Below are positions 1-14,607 of a stretch of 64,000 nt of DNA, piece by piece. The position numbers were made by a program, and so were the translations under genes. This DNA comes from Rhizaria sp. SCN 62-66 (taxonomy: Eukaryota), in assembly GCA_001724265.1 (NCBI GenBank), contig MEDY01000051.1, forward strand, positions 1 to 64,000, given 5' to 3'. Below the pieces are notes generated by a model. The model was not told where the DNA came from. It searched no databases and saw nothing but the letters and a program-made list of their open reading frames with translations. Each line of letters starts with the position of its first letter. The first letter of the stretch is position 1.

Positions 1-541
1 CATTTAACGGATGTTTGGCAAAGTTGTATGGATATTTAAAACCGCCCCTTCCAGGCGCGTTTTTGCGTTTTTCATAAACCTCTACATCAGGGGTACATAC
101 AAATGCAGTTACAATAAGGTGATGCTCACGACAATAAAGATACGTCCTCTATTTACGAGTCGCGATTTATTTAGGATTATAGACAATCAAGAAAGGAGTT
201 GTATTGTTAAGAGAGTAGTATTGTGTTCACTGAGAGGAACAACAAAGAACAGTCCTTGCTGTGTTGGTGTTCGTAAATAACGTTAAAAGAGGCAAGCCCT
301 GTCACAGACGTTCAGTTACGAGCAGACACACACAGACAAACGAATGGACGAGAGTATAGAGGTAATTATTCACAGCAAAGAGCGAGAGACAGAGAGAGAA
401 TAACAAAACTGCAAACGCAGCAGAAGTGTACATTGAGAGAACTCTCGGGACGCGGAACAAAGAGAGAACTCTAAAAGAGTCATCACATGTCACCAACCAT
501 TCCAGAGACTGACGCAGCGCCGACGACGAGCAGCAAGGCAC

Positions 542-3500
542 TTACAGGCCGTAGGTCTGGTGGATCCAGGCGCGAAGGTCAACGTTGCCCTCGGGGTCCT
601 TGGGCGCGACCTCGATGATGTAGGCAATGTCCTCCTTGGAGAGGTACTGCTCCATGAACTCGATGCGCGCGGCGTGGCCCTGGTTGACGAGCGTGAAGGC
701 CTCCTCGAGCTTCTCCTTGGTGTTCTGTCCGCCGAGCGTGACGACGGCGTAGTCGAGGAACTGCTCCCAAGTCACGACACCGTCCTTGCCGAATTGGGCG
801 ACGATGGCGGCGACCTCCTCCTTGGTGCGGGACTCGCCGAAGAGGTGGAGCGCAGAGCGCAGGTTGTCGCCCGACAGCGCGCCGGAGCCGTCCTTGTCGA
901 ACTCGGTAAAGGCGGAGCGGGCGTTGTCCCACTGCTCCTGGCTGAGGCCGCGCATGGCCTCCATCTTCTGCAGGTCCGCGAGAATGGCCTCCTTGGTGCC
1001 CAGGAAGGCGCCAAACTGCTCCCACTGCGTGCGCAGCGAGGCGTCCGTCTGCAGCGTGTGCGGGTTGGCCTTGACGTCGGCGGCGACGACGGCGACCCAT
1101 TCCTTGGCGAGGATTGCGGCGAGGCGCGAGTCGGACTCGTACGCGGCCTTGGCGGCGGCGATCGTGGCCTGCTGCTCGGCGACAGAGCCGGCGGCGTTGG
1201 TGATGGCGTCCTTCTTGGAGTTGATGTCGGCGACGAAGGGGTCGGCGACGGCGGCGAAGGCGGCGCACGCGGCGTCCTGCTGCTGCAGAGTCGTGACAGC
1301 GGAGGAGTAGCGGGTAGCGCGCTGCTGGAGAGCGGCGTCGATGTCGGCCTTGAGCGCGGCGGCCTCGGCGGCGCCCTTGCCCTCAGCGTACGGGTTGGCG
1401 CTGCCGGCGGCGTCGGCGGACGCGAGGGCGGCGATGGCCTCGTAGCGCTGCGCGGCGTCGGCGGCCACGGCGGCACTGTCGTCGTTGTAGGCGCGCGCCT
1501 CGGCGAGGGTAAAGCCGAACTGCGTCTCGCCAATGGCAGAGATGGCATCCTTGGCCCACTGAGCAAAGCCGGCGAACTGGATGGCGAACGAGAGGTGCTT
1601 CTCGTCGGTGGCGATGTTGCGCGCGAGCGCGGCCTCGAGCTCGGCCTTCTTGTCCGCAAGCGCGGCGTCGAGGGTCGCGAGCTTGGCGGCCACGGCGGCA
1701 GCAGCAGCGTCGACGGCGCTGATGGTGTTGGCGCAAGGGGACCAGTCGCCGTGAGACGCGGCCTTAATCTTGTCGCCGATGGCGGTGAACGAGGCGACGT
1801 TGTCGACATGCTCGCTCCGGTCTCCCTGCAGCACCTTGAGCGCCGTCAGCGAGCCCTGCGTCGCAGTGATAGAGCTGGTGTCGAACGCGCCGCTGACCTG
1901 CGCGAGCACGCGGTCCGCCCAGGCGAGAATCGCGCCCTCGCGGGTCTTGTGCTGCGACGCGAGCGAGACGACCTCGTCGCGGTGCTCGTTCAGCGCGAGC
2001 GCGGCGTCAACACCGGAGGCCTTCTGGCCGGCGGTGGCGAGCAGCGCATCGAGACGAGCGCCCTGCTCCTGCTCGGCGGTCTTGAGCGCGGCCGCGTTCT
2101 CGTAGCGCTCAGCGACGAGCGCAGCCGTGAGAGGCGCGACGTGCGCAACCAGAGAGTCAGCCTTAAGCGCGCGGAGCTCGTCCTGCGTCGCCGTGAGCTG
2201 GTTCTTCTGGTACTTAGCGTCGGCCGTGGAGGCCAGCGCGGCGGGGTTGAGCGCGGTGAGCTGGGCCTCGAGCTCGTCCGCGCGCTGGCCGATCTTGGCG
2301 AGGCGCGCGGCGTGCTGCTCGGCCTTGCGGCGGAGCGAGATCTGGCGGTTGAGCTCCGCGACGAGCGCGGCATGGCGCACGGCCTCGGCCGACTCGACCG
2401 TCTTAAACTGATCGCGCAGCTCGGGGACCGTGAGGCCCGCGGGCGGCGTGAACGGCGGGCGGTTCGCAGACGCGAGGCGGGCGACGATGCGCGCCATCAG
2501 GGCCTCAAGCTGGAGGAACTCGGCAGTGAGCGGGACCTTGACCTGCTCCTTGAAGTGAAGGAACTCGTTGAGCTTGCGCTCGGCGCCGGCGTAGGTGTCA
2601 TCGATCTGCTCGTCCTGGAGCATCGCCACGGCGGGGTCGAACTTGGTCTTAAGGCGCGTGGCGAGCTCGACGTACTGGTGCTGCAGCTCAGCCATCTCCT
2701 TGTTGAAGGCGATGAAGTCGGAGATGCGCTGCGCGCTCTGGCGGATGCGGGCGAAGCCGGTGATGCCGGCGTACCACTCGGAGACGTAGACGACGAGGGA
2801 CTTCTGGTCCAGGATCTCGATCTCCTCGGGGGCGATGTACTTCTCCAGGCCAAAGAACTTGAAGGCGCCGTCCTGCGCGAGGGCGATATTGGCATGCGCG
2901 TTCTCCGCCTTGAGGGCGTCCCAGTCGCCGATCAGGTCGGGGCGGTGCTTGTGGATGAGAGCGCAGAACGCGAGGCCGTTGTTGAAGGAGTTTCCGGAGA
3001 AATCAACGACGTTAACCCCGCTGTAGCCCGCAGTCTCACGCTGAACCCAGCGCAAGAGCGCCTCGGTGGCGGACAAGTCCTCGTCGCCGACGTTCAAGTA
3101 CGACAGAATAATGGCCCACACGGCGCCCAGGACTGCCACTTCGAGGCCATCAACAAAGTTCTCAGCCGAGGGAAGCAGAGTGATCTTCACACCCTGCTCC
3201 TTGTTGGCAAGAGCCCACTGAATCGCCTCGTTGCACGAGTTGATCTGGAAGATACGACCCTTGGTCTTGGATTCGGCGGAGACCTTGCGAGCCCTGTTGG
3301 GCATGCTGTGGCCGCTCAGCGCCTCGATGAGGTCGACCAGCTCAACACCGGTGTCCCACCCAGTCACGATGGTGTCCGCAGTAAAGCGGCTCTTCTTGCC
3401 TCCGAAAATCATCTTCTGCGACACCCAGCGCGCGAAGACCTGTGATGTGACAGTAGCGGAGACAATAAATGAAGACACAAAACAGAACGGATAAGAATTG

Positions 3501-3772
3501 AATGAGAAAAAAGAGTATGAATGAAAAGGTTACATATGAGAGAGTGTAGAGCCATTGTTATAATGCAAGTTCTGCGAAAGGAAAGGGATCATACGCGTGT
3601 GACATGCGGGCGGCGCGCGCTTGCACGCGACTCGCAGTTTGGATCATTGAACTAAAAGGGCGAAACCAGGACACAAATAAAGCAGATACAACAAAAAACC
3701 AACAGAACACGATATATGCGTTAGACGTACACGGCGTTGGAGAAGCTTCCAGTCCTTAGTAGTGTTGGACAT
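542..3772 (-). CDS. Alpha-actinin-like actin cross-linker (2 CH domains, about 5 spectrin-like repeats, C-terminal EF-hands); exons 3731-3772 and 542-3439; about 979 aa
   Basis: Exon 1 MSNTTKDWKLLQRR, GTACGT donor at 3730, CAG acceptor at 3440-3442, joining in frame to VFARWV. CH motifs (LVDLIEALSG; ALLRWVQRETAGYSGVNVVDFS; NGLAFCALIHKHRPDLI), helical rod, EF-hand FDKDGSGAL. Ends TAA. Confidence 0.9.
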
Positions 3773-4736
3773 GGCGAACGAGCTATAAAAGTAAATGGCG
3801 ATGGAAGAGGCAGCAGTTGGATGAAACCGAGTTCGGAGATGCATGGATTTGGCAGTGTTAACTCAATAATGACGCAGTACCCAATTCAGATAATAGAGAT
3901 AAACACATAAGATTGCAGCGACACAAGAAATCACTGCAAAAAAAGGTACATATATTGTGGAACTTGCTTTGCTTGACATCGCTCTTCCCGCTCTGGTTTC
4001 ATGGCTGCCTCCGCCCATCCGCTAAAAACCGTTTGTGGCCAGATAATTTTCCAGAACACCCCGGTCGAACAGTGACGACGGCTTGTTTTTGATGACGCAA
4101 GAGAAAGTTTCGGGAGAATGATAAGCGCGAGTCAAATAGACGCGTTCCGGATTCGCTTCAGGAGAATCAGTTGGACGTGGGTTTGTTTGATTTGTTATTG
4201 TTGTTTTAGGACTTGTGTGGCGACGGCATGGGGGTTTAAACGCGTGTTAGGCGTGGCGTTGACGAGACCAAGCTGGGCTTTTATGCGTGTACGCTATTCT
4301 AGATGGCGCCGCGCCCTAATGCGTCAGCGGTGTTAATGTACTTCCTGCGACGACGTCCCCACTCTTTTTTCACTTCGTACAACTCGGTCTGCGCGTCGGT
4401 TGTGCCCCGGTTGGGCTTCTGAGACCTTCTGCCCAGTCAGCTCAAACCAGAGTCGTCGGCCCAGGCCACGCTTGCCCTCCGGTTCGCTGTTTGCGCCACG
4501 CCTTTTTGCTTATGCTAGATCGTGCCGAGTTGTATTTTTTTGAATGTCACACTTATACTAGTTGTTTTATTATCTCCTCTTTTGTTGTATTCTCTGTTTG
4601 CTCCCACTATCACTCATACTGTGGCTCAATTCAACGTCGTCCACTCACCCTCCCACCCCACACGCGCACGTTTTACTTTGCCGCATTTCTCTCGATTTGC
4701 ATCATTTCCATGCGCGTTTTGCTTAAACTTCCAGCT

Positions 4737-5669
4737 ATGAGCACTACCGCCGCTCCCGCTTCCACCCCCGCTGCCGCCCCTGCCCCCGCCGCCGCCTCCC
4801 CCGCGGCCGCCGCTGCGCCCGCCTCAGCTCCCCAGCAGAAGCAGCAGCAGCAGAACCGCCGCCCCCGCGCTCCCCGCTCTGACAACGCTGCCCCCCGCTC
4901 CGACGCTACCGGCAACAACAACCACCGCAACAACCACCACCACCACCACAACAACAACAACAACAACAGCGACGACAAGGCTGAGGACATTGAGGGCCTG
5001 CAGATCAAGATCTCCGCCACCACCAACCCCAAGCTGTCCGCGGGCTCCATCGCGCACGCTATCCGCCGCGGCGAGTCCCCCAACGTCATGTGCACTGGCA
5101 GCACTTCCGTCAACCAGGTACGCACGCGCACAGAACTGCTGCACCGACGTTGTTTCACTCCAACTATAAACTACAGTCGCATCACTCGTTCGTCTCGCTC
5201 TTCTAACTTTTCTCATTCTCGTGCTTCTTCTCTCTTGCTTCTTGCTCCACAGGCTATCAAGGCGATCGCCATTGCCCGCGGTTTCCTCTCTGCGGAGAAC
5301 ATCAACATCGTGGTCTGCCCCTCGTTCCGCGACTACCCCCAGCGCCTGCGCATGATCTTCAAGATCACCCGCGGCGACGACGTCGAGGCCTCTGCCGACG
5401 CCGAGTCGGATCTCCGCGTCGCCCAGGCTTCGCAGTTCGCCATCGTCGCGGGCGCCATTGCCAAGAAGGTCCGTGCCGAGGAGGCCCCCTTCATCACGTG
5501 CATCGGCGCCAACGCCATGGGCATCGCCGTGCTGTCGATCGCGCGCGCGCGTCTGTACCTCAAGCAGGACAACCTCGACCTCGTGTTCCGCCCCCAGTTC
5601 GTCCACGTCAACATGCAAAACGAGACGCGCTCGGCGATCCGCTTCGCCATCTTCTCGCGCCCGCTCTAA
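4737..5669 (+). CDS. Protein with two tandem SpoVS (stage V sporulation protein S, Alba-like fold) domains and a low-complexity N-terminus; exons 4737-5117 and 5253-5669; about 265 aa
   Basis: Removing the GT..AG intron 5118-5252 restores IKISATTNPKLSAGSIAHAIR...GSTSVNQAIKAIAIARGFL...VCPSF, matching the SpoVS signature (KVS..S.P..VAGA.A...GAGA.NQAVKA.AIARGF). Second copy: LRVAQASQFAIVAGAIAKKVR...IGANAMGIAVLSIARARLYL...PQF...RSAIRF. Ends TAA. Confidence 0.85.
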   Translation: MSTTAAPASTPAAAPAPAAASPAAAAAPASAPQQKQQQQNRRPRAPRSDNAAPRSDATGNNNHRNNHHHHHNNNNNNSDDKAEDIEGLQIKISATTNPKLSAGSIAHAIRRGESPNVMCTGSTSVNQVRTRTELLHRRCFTPTINYSRITRSSRSSNFSHSRASSLLLLAPQAIKAIAIARGFLSAENINIVVCPSFRDYPQRLRMIFKITRGDDVEASADAESDLRVAQASQFAIVAGAIAKKVRAEEAPFITCIGANAMGIAVLSIARARLYLKQDNLDLVFRPQFVHVNMQNETRSAIRFAIFSRPL

Positions 5670-7459
5670 GTAACTCGCCCGCGCTGTATAAGCAGGTGTA
5701 TGCGGACAGTGTAGTGTGTAGCATAATAGTGACAGCTGCGGCAGGTAACGGACGAGACAAAAACACTACATGAAGCGCCGCACACGCACGGGGAAGTGAA
5801 CTTGTGCTTTGCATGCAATTTCATTCATTCATCATCATTTGGTGTTACGTTGTGCGTGAATGAAAAACATAATAATTAATGAGCAAGCATAAGCATACGC
5901 CACATCACGTTTTAAAAAGAAGCAAGTTTGACGGCAAAGTTAGTTCTCTACCGGTCGTTATATATCAAAACGAGCAAACTATGACTCATCTTTGTGAGGC
6001 TTATGAGTGCGATATATGACCCTGGACCGGCGGAGATACAACCAGAGCCAGAATAGCCAGGGCCGCCTTGCATTTACAGTCGTTGTTTGCTGTATTTTAG
6101 CAGCTGTTGGAGCTGTAGCTGTAGCTGTTGCTGTAACTATTGCAGTAGTCGTCGTTTCTGTTTGTTAATCGTCGTCGTTGTTGTTGAACCGAGCTGTAGT
6201 TTTTGTTTAGTTCTGTGCCTAGCCATGAGCTAGCTAACACCTCGGGCGGTTTGTTAACTCGGGTGACCGTGCGCATTTGTGCAATATCACACTCTACAAC
6301 CAACATTCATATGACCCGCACATATATGACCTGCTGTCATTTATATATGCACTGCACGACACTCCCTGGTCGGTCAGTTCTGATCTCGTACTCTGCTTTG
6401 TATGCAGGGACTGAGTGATATGATGTTGATGTTGTGTTGTTATGTTGTCCGGTGTTTCACTTTTGTGTTACCTGACCCCGTTGCGTTAGTTTGTGTCACT
6501 AATACGCCGCTCCTCGGCCGGCCGAACTTGAACAAACAACAACTCCTTCGCAGTGCGTTTTTTTTGTGGAACTAACTTAAACTTCTCGATTGCTTATTTA
6601 CTACGCTGACTACTGTTTCTGCCGCGCCATGTAAAAGCCATCTCTTTTGCTGTGCTGTGTGTTGTTGCTTTGTTGTGTTGATTATACGTGTGTTTTTGAC
6701 GACTCTGTTCTAATGTGTTATTTATGCGTGCATGTGCGTTTACGTGCGTGTGTTGTGGTTGTACGTTCTTCGTACATCACCGTTGGTGTCAGTAGGTCAG
6801 TAAGTCAGTGCTAGAGGTCAGGTCGCAGTGCCTGCGCTAGTGTAAGTGGTAATGCTTGTGTTTGAGTATGTGAGTGAGTGTGAGTATGTGTATATGTTGT
6901 TGCTGTTTTTATGGTAATTTAGAGGTAGGGGAGGAACTTGAATGTCTCTTGTTCGTGGTACTTGAGAGTAATAGTAAGTATTATTGCAATAGATTCTGTA
7001 ATTCATGTTACCTTTTCAATTCCGCTTCACTATCAATTCGCTACACCAGCGACCAATGCGGAAAGTAGATTGCAATACAACAAGAATTTGAACAAGAACC
7101 AGGTTGGTCGGCGAGTTCGGAATAATGGACGTAATGTGATCATATAACAGTTTAAAGTTTCTGAAAAAGATACTTTATGTAGTACACTTACAAAAATCTA
7201 AGAAAACACAACCACTTACTTTCTAAAAATGACTGATTGTGACATTACTAACTAGTAACAAAACAAACTAAAAAAATACACTAATCGTAACAAACAACAT
7301 CAACACAGCAAAGTAACTTGAAGCTAACTCAACAGTGATATCTTTTCTTCAGGAAGCCATGCTAGAGTCGTCATTGTTGTTGATCTTTTAACTTATTTCC
7401 GCCTCCAACTTGCGGACAAACCGCCCAAAACACAAGATTCTTACACAATAGGTTCTCGC

Positions 7460-9944
<2,485 letters not shown>

Positions 9945-11274
9945 CAAAACAGCCTGAGGACAATAACGGAGTAAAGAAATAACAGGTGCGAGAAAGTTTT
10001 GAGCATATAAAACATCTGTTGACATCGGTCTTGTTTGATTTGGTGCGTAAGGCAAAGCTGGGACTATGGATTCGTAGAGCGAGTGTGGCGACGGGGATGC
10101 CAGCGGTGTTGGTGCCCGGCGGTCAATTGCAGAGAGTGTTGTTCATCGTCAACAGTCGCGAACGAAATGATTCAAGATACTAAACCAAGTCTTATACTTG
10201 ATTCATAAATCACAATGGTGCTGGAAACCTTGTGCGTCGACAAATAGCTTGTTTCCTTTCCCCCTGCAGCTGACTCGGTCAGACAAGGGGAAATTAAGCC
10301 GCAGCTCGTCGCGCCATTTTGTTCAACAAGATATACACACAAACTCTCATCAGACCACAGTCAAACTGATATGATATTATATGAGCGTGCTTATTTAACA
10401 TTAATATTTATATTAATCCGGTGTAGGATTCGTTAATACGTAGTTACACGATGGTTTCGTGATGGAGAGCAATCCGGAGATCATCGTCAAAACACCACAT
10501 TTCGAGTGATATCATCATTAGGACGACACGTTTTAGCGGTTATCACAGGGCTATACTAAGGATATGGACCGCCACGTTTCATTCCTACGAGTTTGCTTTC
10601 ATTGCTACTCGTTATATTGTCATGTAGCAATGGTTTTTGTCGTGTGCTCGAAATTGATAACTGTCTCCTTTTACCTTCCAGCACAGCACAACTTTGTTGA
10701 AAAGAAATCTGAAGCTTGAAATAACGTGAAAGCCGATGTGTCAATGCTTACTTCTTGGCTTGATGATGCTACAACAAGGTATACTACTGACGCGGCCGCG
10801 AAAGTGGCTGAGTTTGGCCTCTTGAGTTGTTGCAGAAATGAGGGAAAACATGAGATATGAATGCGTAAATCTGACTTTAGGAGGATAAAACAGAGTACTA
10901 CATGGAACTATTTACGAAATACAAGGCGCGTGAAGGTTGTTTGAATTGACTCACATTAAGACGTACGGGCACGCTAAATTACCCTATTCATAGTCTATCC
11001 GTTGCAGGCTCGAGGGCGTCACTTTGGACGCCGATGCGCGGATAATCTCATGATCAGAACTCGCACCAGTGTCCGACGCTAGCGTCAAGTTTGAACACCC
11101 TAATTTTATGAATCACATTCTCTATGATCTTCTTTTTAAATCTCACAGATCTTTGTTGTTATTCCACAATCCCCCTTCTTAGACCCGGTAGAAGACAACA
11201 CCTGTAGCAAGCGAGATCCAATACTACCTTTGTTCTCCGTTCGCAACCTCTCGCTCTCATCCCCGACCCTCCCG

Positions 11275-13561
11275 ATGTCCAACTCCGCGCCCGCGCCGTG
11301 TCCCGCGATTGGCATCGACCTCGGCACGACGTACTCGTGCGTGGCCGTGCACCGCCAGGGCCGCGTCGAGATCATCGCCAACGAGCTCGGCGAGCGCACA
11401 ACGCCGTCCTACGTCGCCTTCACCGACGCGGGCGCGCTTGTCGGTCAGTCCGCCAAGAACCTCATGGCCGAGCGCGACCAGGCGAACATCGTGTTTGACG
11501 CCAAGCGGCTGATCGGGCGCTCGTTCGACGACCCCTCGGTGCAGGCCGACGCGCGGCTCTGGCCATTCAAGCTCGTCAGGGACGTGGCGACAGGCGCTCC
11601 CATGATCGAGGTCACCTGGGCCGGGAAAACCATCACGCGCTCGCCGCAGCAGATCTCCAGCCTCGTGCTGGGCAAGATGAAGACGATCGCGGAGGAGTTC
11701 CTGGGCACGCCCGTCACGCGCGCAGTCGTCACCGTGCCGGCCTACTTCAATGACGCGCAGCGCGCCGCGACCAGGTACGGACATGCTTGACTGCAAAGAT
11801 CGCCATATGCCAAAGTATCAGCTCACGTCAATATTACGTTCTCTTATATAATTCTTTGTTTTGTATTCGTGTTCTATAATTCGCTTGTCTTGCCTCGCTG
11901 TCATAATATTTGTTTACCCTCACTTTTGCATCGTTTCTTGCTCTCTCCAACGACACAGGGACGCCGGTCAGATGGCCGGTCTTGAAGTGCGCCGCATCAT
12001 CAACGAGCCCACCGCCGCCGCCATCGCCTACGGCCTCGGCGCTTGCCGCAACACCGACACCGCCGACGACACCGAGATCACCCCTAACTCTAGCAAAGCC
12101 CACGGTAACTCTGACGGCTCCGACGCTGCTGCAGTGCTGGGCGAGGACGAGAAGCGCATCCTCGTCTTCGACCTGGGCGGCGGCACTTTCGACATTTCTC
12201 TGCTCTCGGTCAGTGCGGGGCTGTTTCAGGTGCTTGCGACCGCGGGTGACACGCACCTGGGCGGCGAGGACCTGGACCAGGCACTCATGGGACACCTGCT
12301 CGCCGTGTTTTCGCGCTCGCACCGGGCGCTGCTGACGGACGCGCCGATCGACCCCGCGTCCCCGGCCGGCGCACGCGCGCTGCGGCGGCTCAAGGCCGCG
12401 AGCGAGCGTGTCAAGCGCGCGCTGTCGGCGCAGACGCTCGCGAGCGTCGAGATCGACGCCTTCTGGGGCGGTGCTGACCTCAAGGCCACGGTCACGCGCG
12501 CGCGCTTCGAGGCGCTGTGCGCGGGTTTTTTTGCGCGGTGCATTGCGCCGCTGGACGGCGTGCTGGCCGACGCGCGCGTGAGCAAGGGCAAGGTGGACGA
12601 GGTCGTGCTCATCGGGGGCAGCACGCGCATCCCCAAGGTCCGCGAGCTCATCACGGCGTACTTTGACGGTCGCGCGCCCAACACCAGCGTCAACCCCGAC
12701 GAGGCCGTCGCGTACGGCGCTGCTGTGCAGGCCGCTATGCTCGCGGCGGGCGGCGCCCATAGTGGCGAGGCGGGGGACACGGCCGCGGGCGGCGTGGCCG
12801 ACATGCTGCTGGTGGACGTGGCGCCGCTGTCACTGGGCGTCGAGACGGCGGGCGGCGTCATGTCCGTCGTGATCCCGCGCAACACTGAGGTGCCGTACAA
12901 AACGACCAAGTACTACTCGACGGACCGCGACGGGCAGCGCGCCGTTGACGTGAGCATCTACGAGGGCGAGCGCCCCCAAGTCGCGGACAACCACTTCCTG
13001 GGCAAGTTCTCGCTCGAAGGGCTGCCCGACGCGCCCGCGGGCGTGCTGCGCGTCAAAGTCACCTTCGCGCTCGACGAGAACGGGCTGCTCGCGGTCTCCG
13101 CGGTGGAGGAGAGCACCAACACGCGGTGCGCCATCACGATCGCGAACGACGCCGGCGCAGGCCGGCTCACTGCGGCGCAGGTCTCCGCGCTCGTCGCCGA
13201 GGCCGAGCAGTTCCGGCTCCAGGACGCCGCGGCGCGCGCGGTCAGCGTCGGCCGGCTGCGCTGCGAGGCGCTGGCGGCGCAGGTTACGGCCGCGGCGGCG
13301 GCACTGGCGGCGCGGCTGAGCGCGGCAGACGTCACACGGCTCACCAACGCCGTCGAGGACTGCAAGGCGTGGCTCGTGGTAAACCGGGACGCCAATCGCG
13401 CGCAGTATGAGGGCGCGTTCGCGCGGCTCGACAAGGCGTGTGATGGTATTCTTAACAGGGCGTATGCCGAGCACGTGGCTGCGGGCGGCGAAGTGCCCTC
13501 CTCCGCGTCCGCGTCTACGTCTGCTGCTGCGACAGAGGCTAAGACCGATGCAAGTGCTTAA
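11275..13561 (+). CDS. Hsp70 family chaperone, divergent cytosolic type lacking EEVD; exons 11275-11774 and 11959-13561; 700 aa
   Basis: [110 protein letters not shown]. Intron 11775-11958 (GTACGG..CAG) restores [11 protein letters not shown]. Ends TAA. Confidence 0.95.
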
Positions 13562-14607
13562 CGAGTGAGGCTAGAGCGCGTTTGGCAGCAGATGAGTCGG
13601 CATGGAGTGCGATGAACGATAATGATACTTAGATCTGATGAAGATGAACATGGCCGTCGCGTGGTGAGTTGTTACAACTTGACGTCTGAGAGCGTGAGTT
13701 TTGATTGTGACTGTGTAGCTGCTGCTTGTGTCTGTGGTTTGTTCATGAATGCGCGCGTATACGCATGAATAATACAATCTTGTAAGTTATACTTGTCTTT
13801 TCGTGCCTAAACCCGAATACTCTCTATAATACTCACCAACTGGTTATTATGACCTTGTTTAACAGGCAATGAGCAAGTAAACGTATCAATCATAGAGCGC
13901 AATTCGAGATTTTACAGTGGTGGCCTCGAGGATGGACAATCGACGATCTTTCACTTGCGCTTTAAACATGCATTGCGACCGTCGATACCGTTCAAACATA
14001 GATAGTGGTTGATAAGGCAATAGAAAATGTTCTATTTTAAGTTTGGCTTTTCATATGAATGCGGATATAACTCGGCGACGCTCGTTCAAGCAACTGCCAC
14101 TCGTGCCGTCGATGGTGGTGTGTCGCTCGTTTCGTTCCATCAGCTCAGCCCTTACCTTCTCCATGTTTCCCAAATTTAAAGACGTGATTGACATTATCGC
14201 GGTTATATAACACTTTCCATCCTGCACATTTGAAGTAACACACCGAGTATCTTTCTGGACAACGGCATCCTTCGTCTCTGCGCTCGGAGTTCTTCAGTAG
14301 TCCGTCATCAACGCTCTCGCTCTCACTCGCGCTCTCTTTCATACTCTCCACATTACTATCATTATCTTGTCGTCGGTTAGCAATTCACGCGACGCACGCA
14401 TTGCGCGCACTCGGTGCCTTTGCGCTGCGACCTACCTCTCACTCCATCAGAGCAATCGATTGCTCTCCCAGCTCCTTCAAACACCACCACCGTCGCCTGG
14501 CCAACTAAGCAGACGCGTGCGTGTAAACAGCCGCAACAAGCCGCACCAGCACAAGCAAGCCCCGCTTGCGCATTTAGCTCAGCGTTCGCCGCCGCCCGCC
14601 CCGCGCG

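Noticed and set aside
560-3445. Long antisense ORFs (560-3445 +, 32988-34706 +, 46884-48941 +, 57821-60388 - and many shorter ones)
   Set aside because: They are shadows of real genes caused by extreme GC3 bias; their products have no domains and no independent start or splice signals.
4737-5669. Bacterial contamination or chimeric assembly explaining the SpoVS and ATP-grasp genes
   Set aside because: Both have spliceosomal introns and the same codon bias and donor style as flanking eukaryotic genes.
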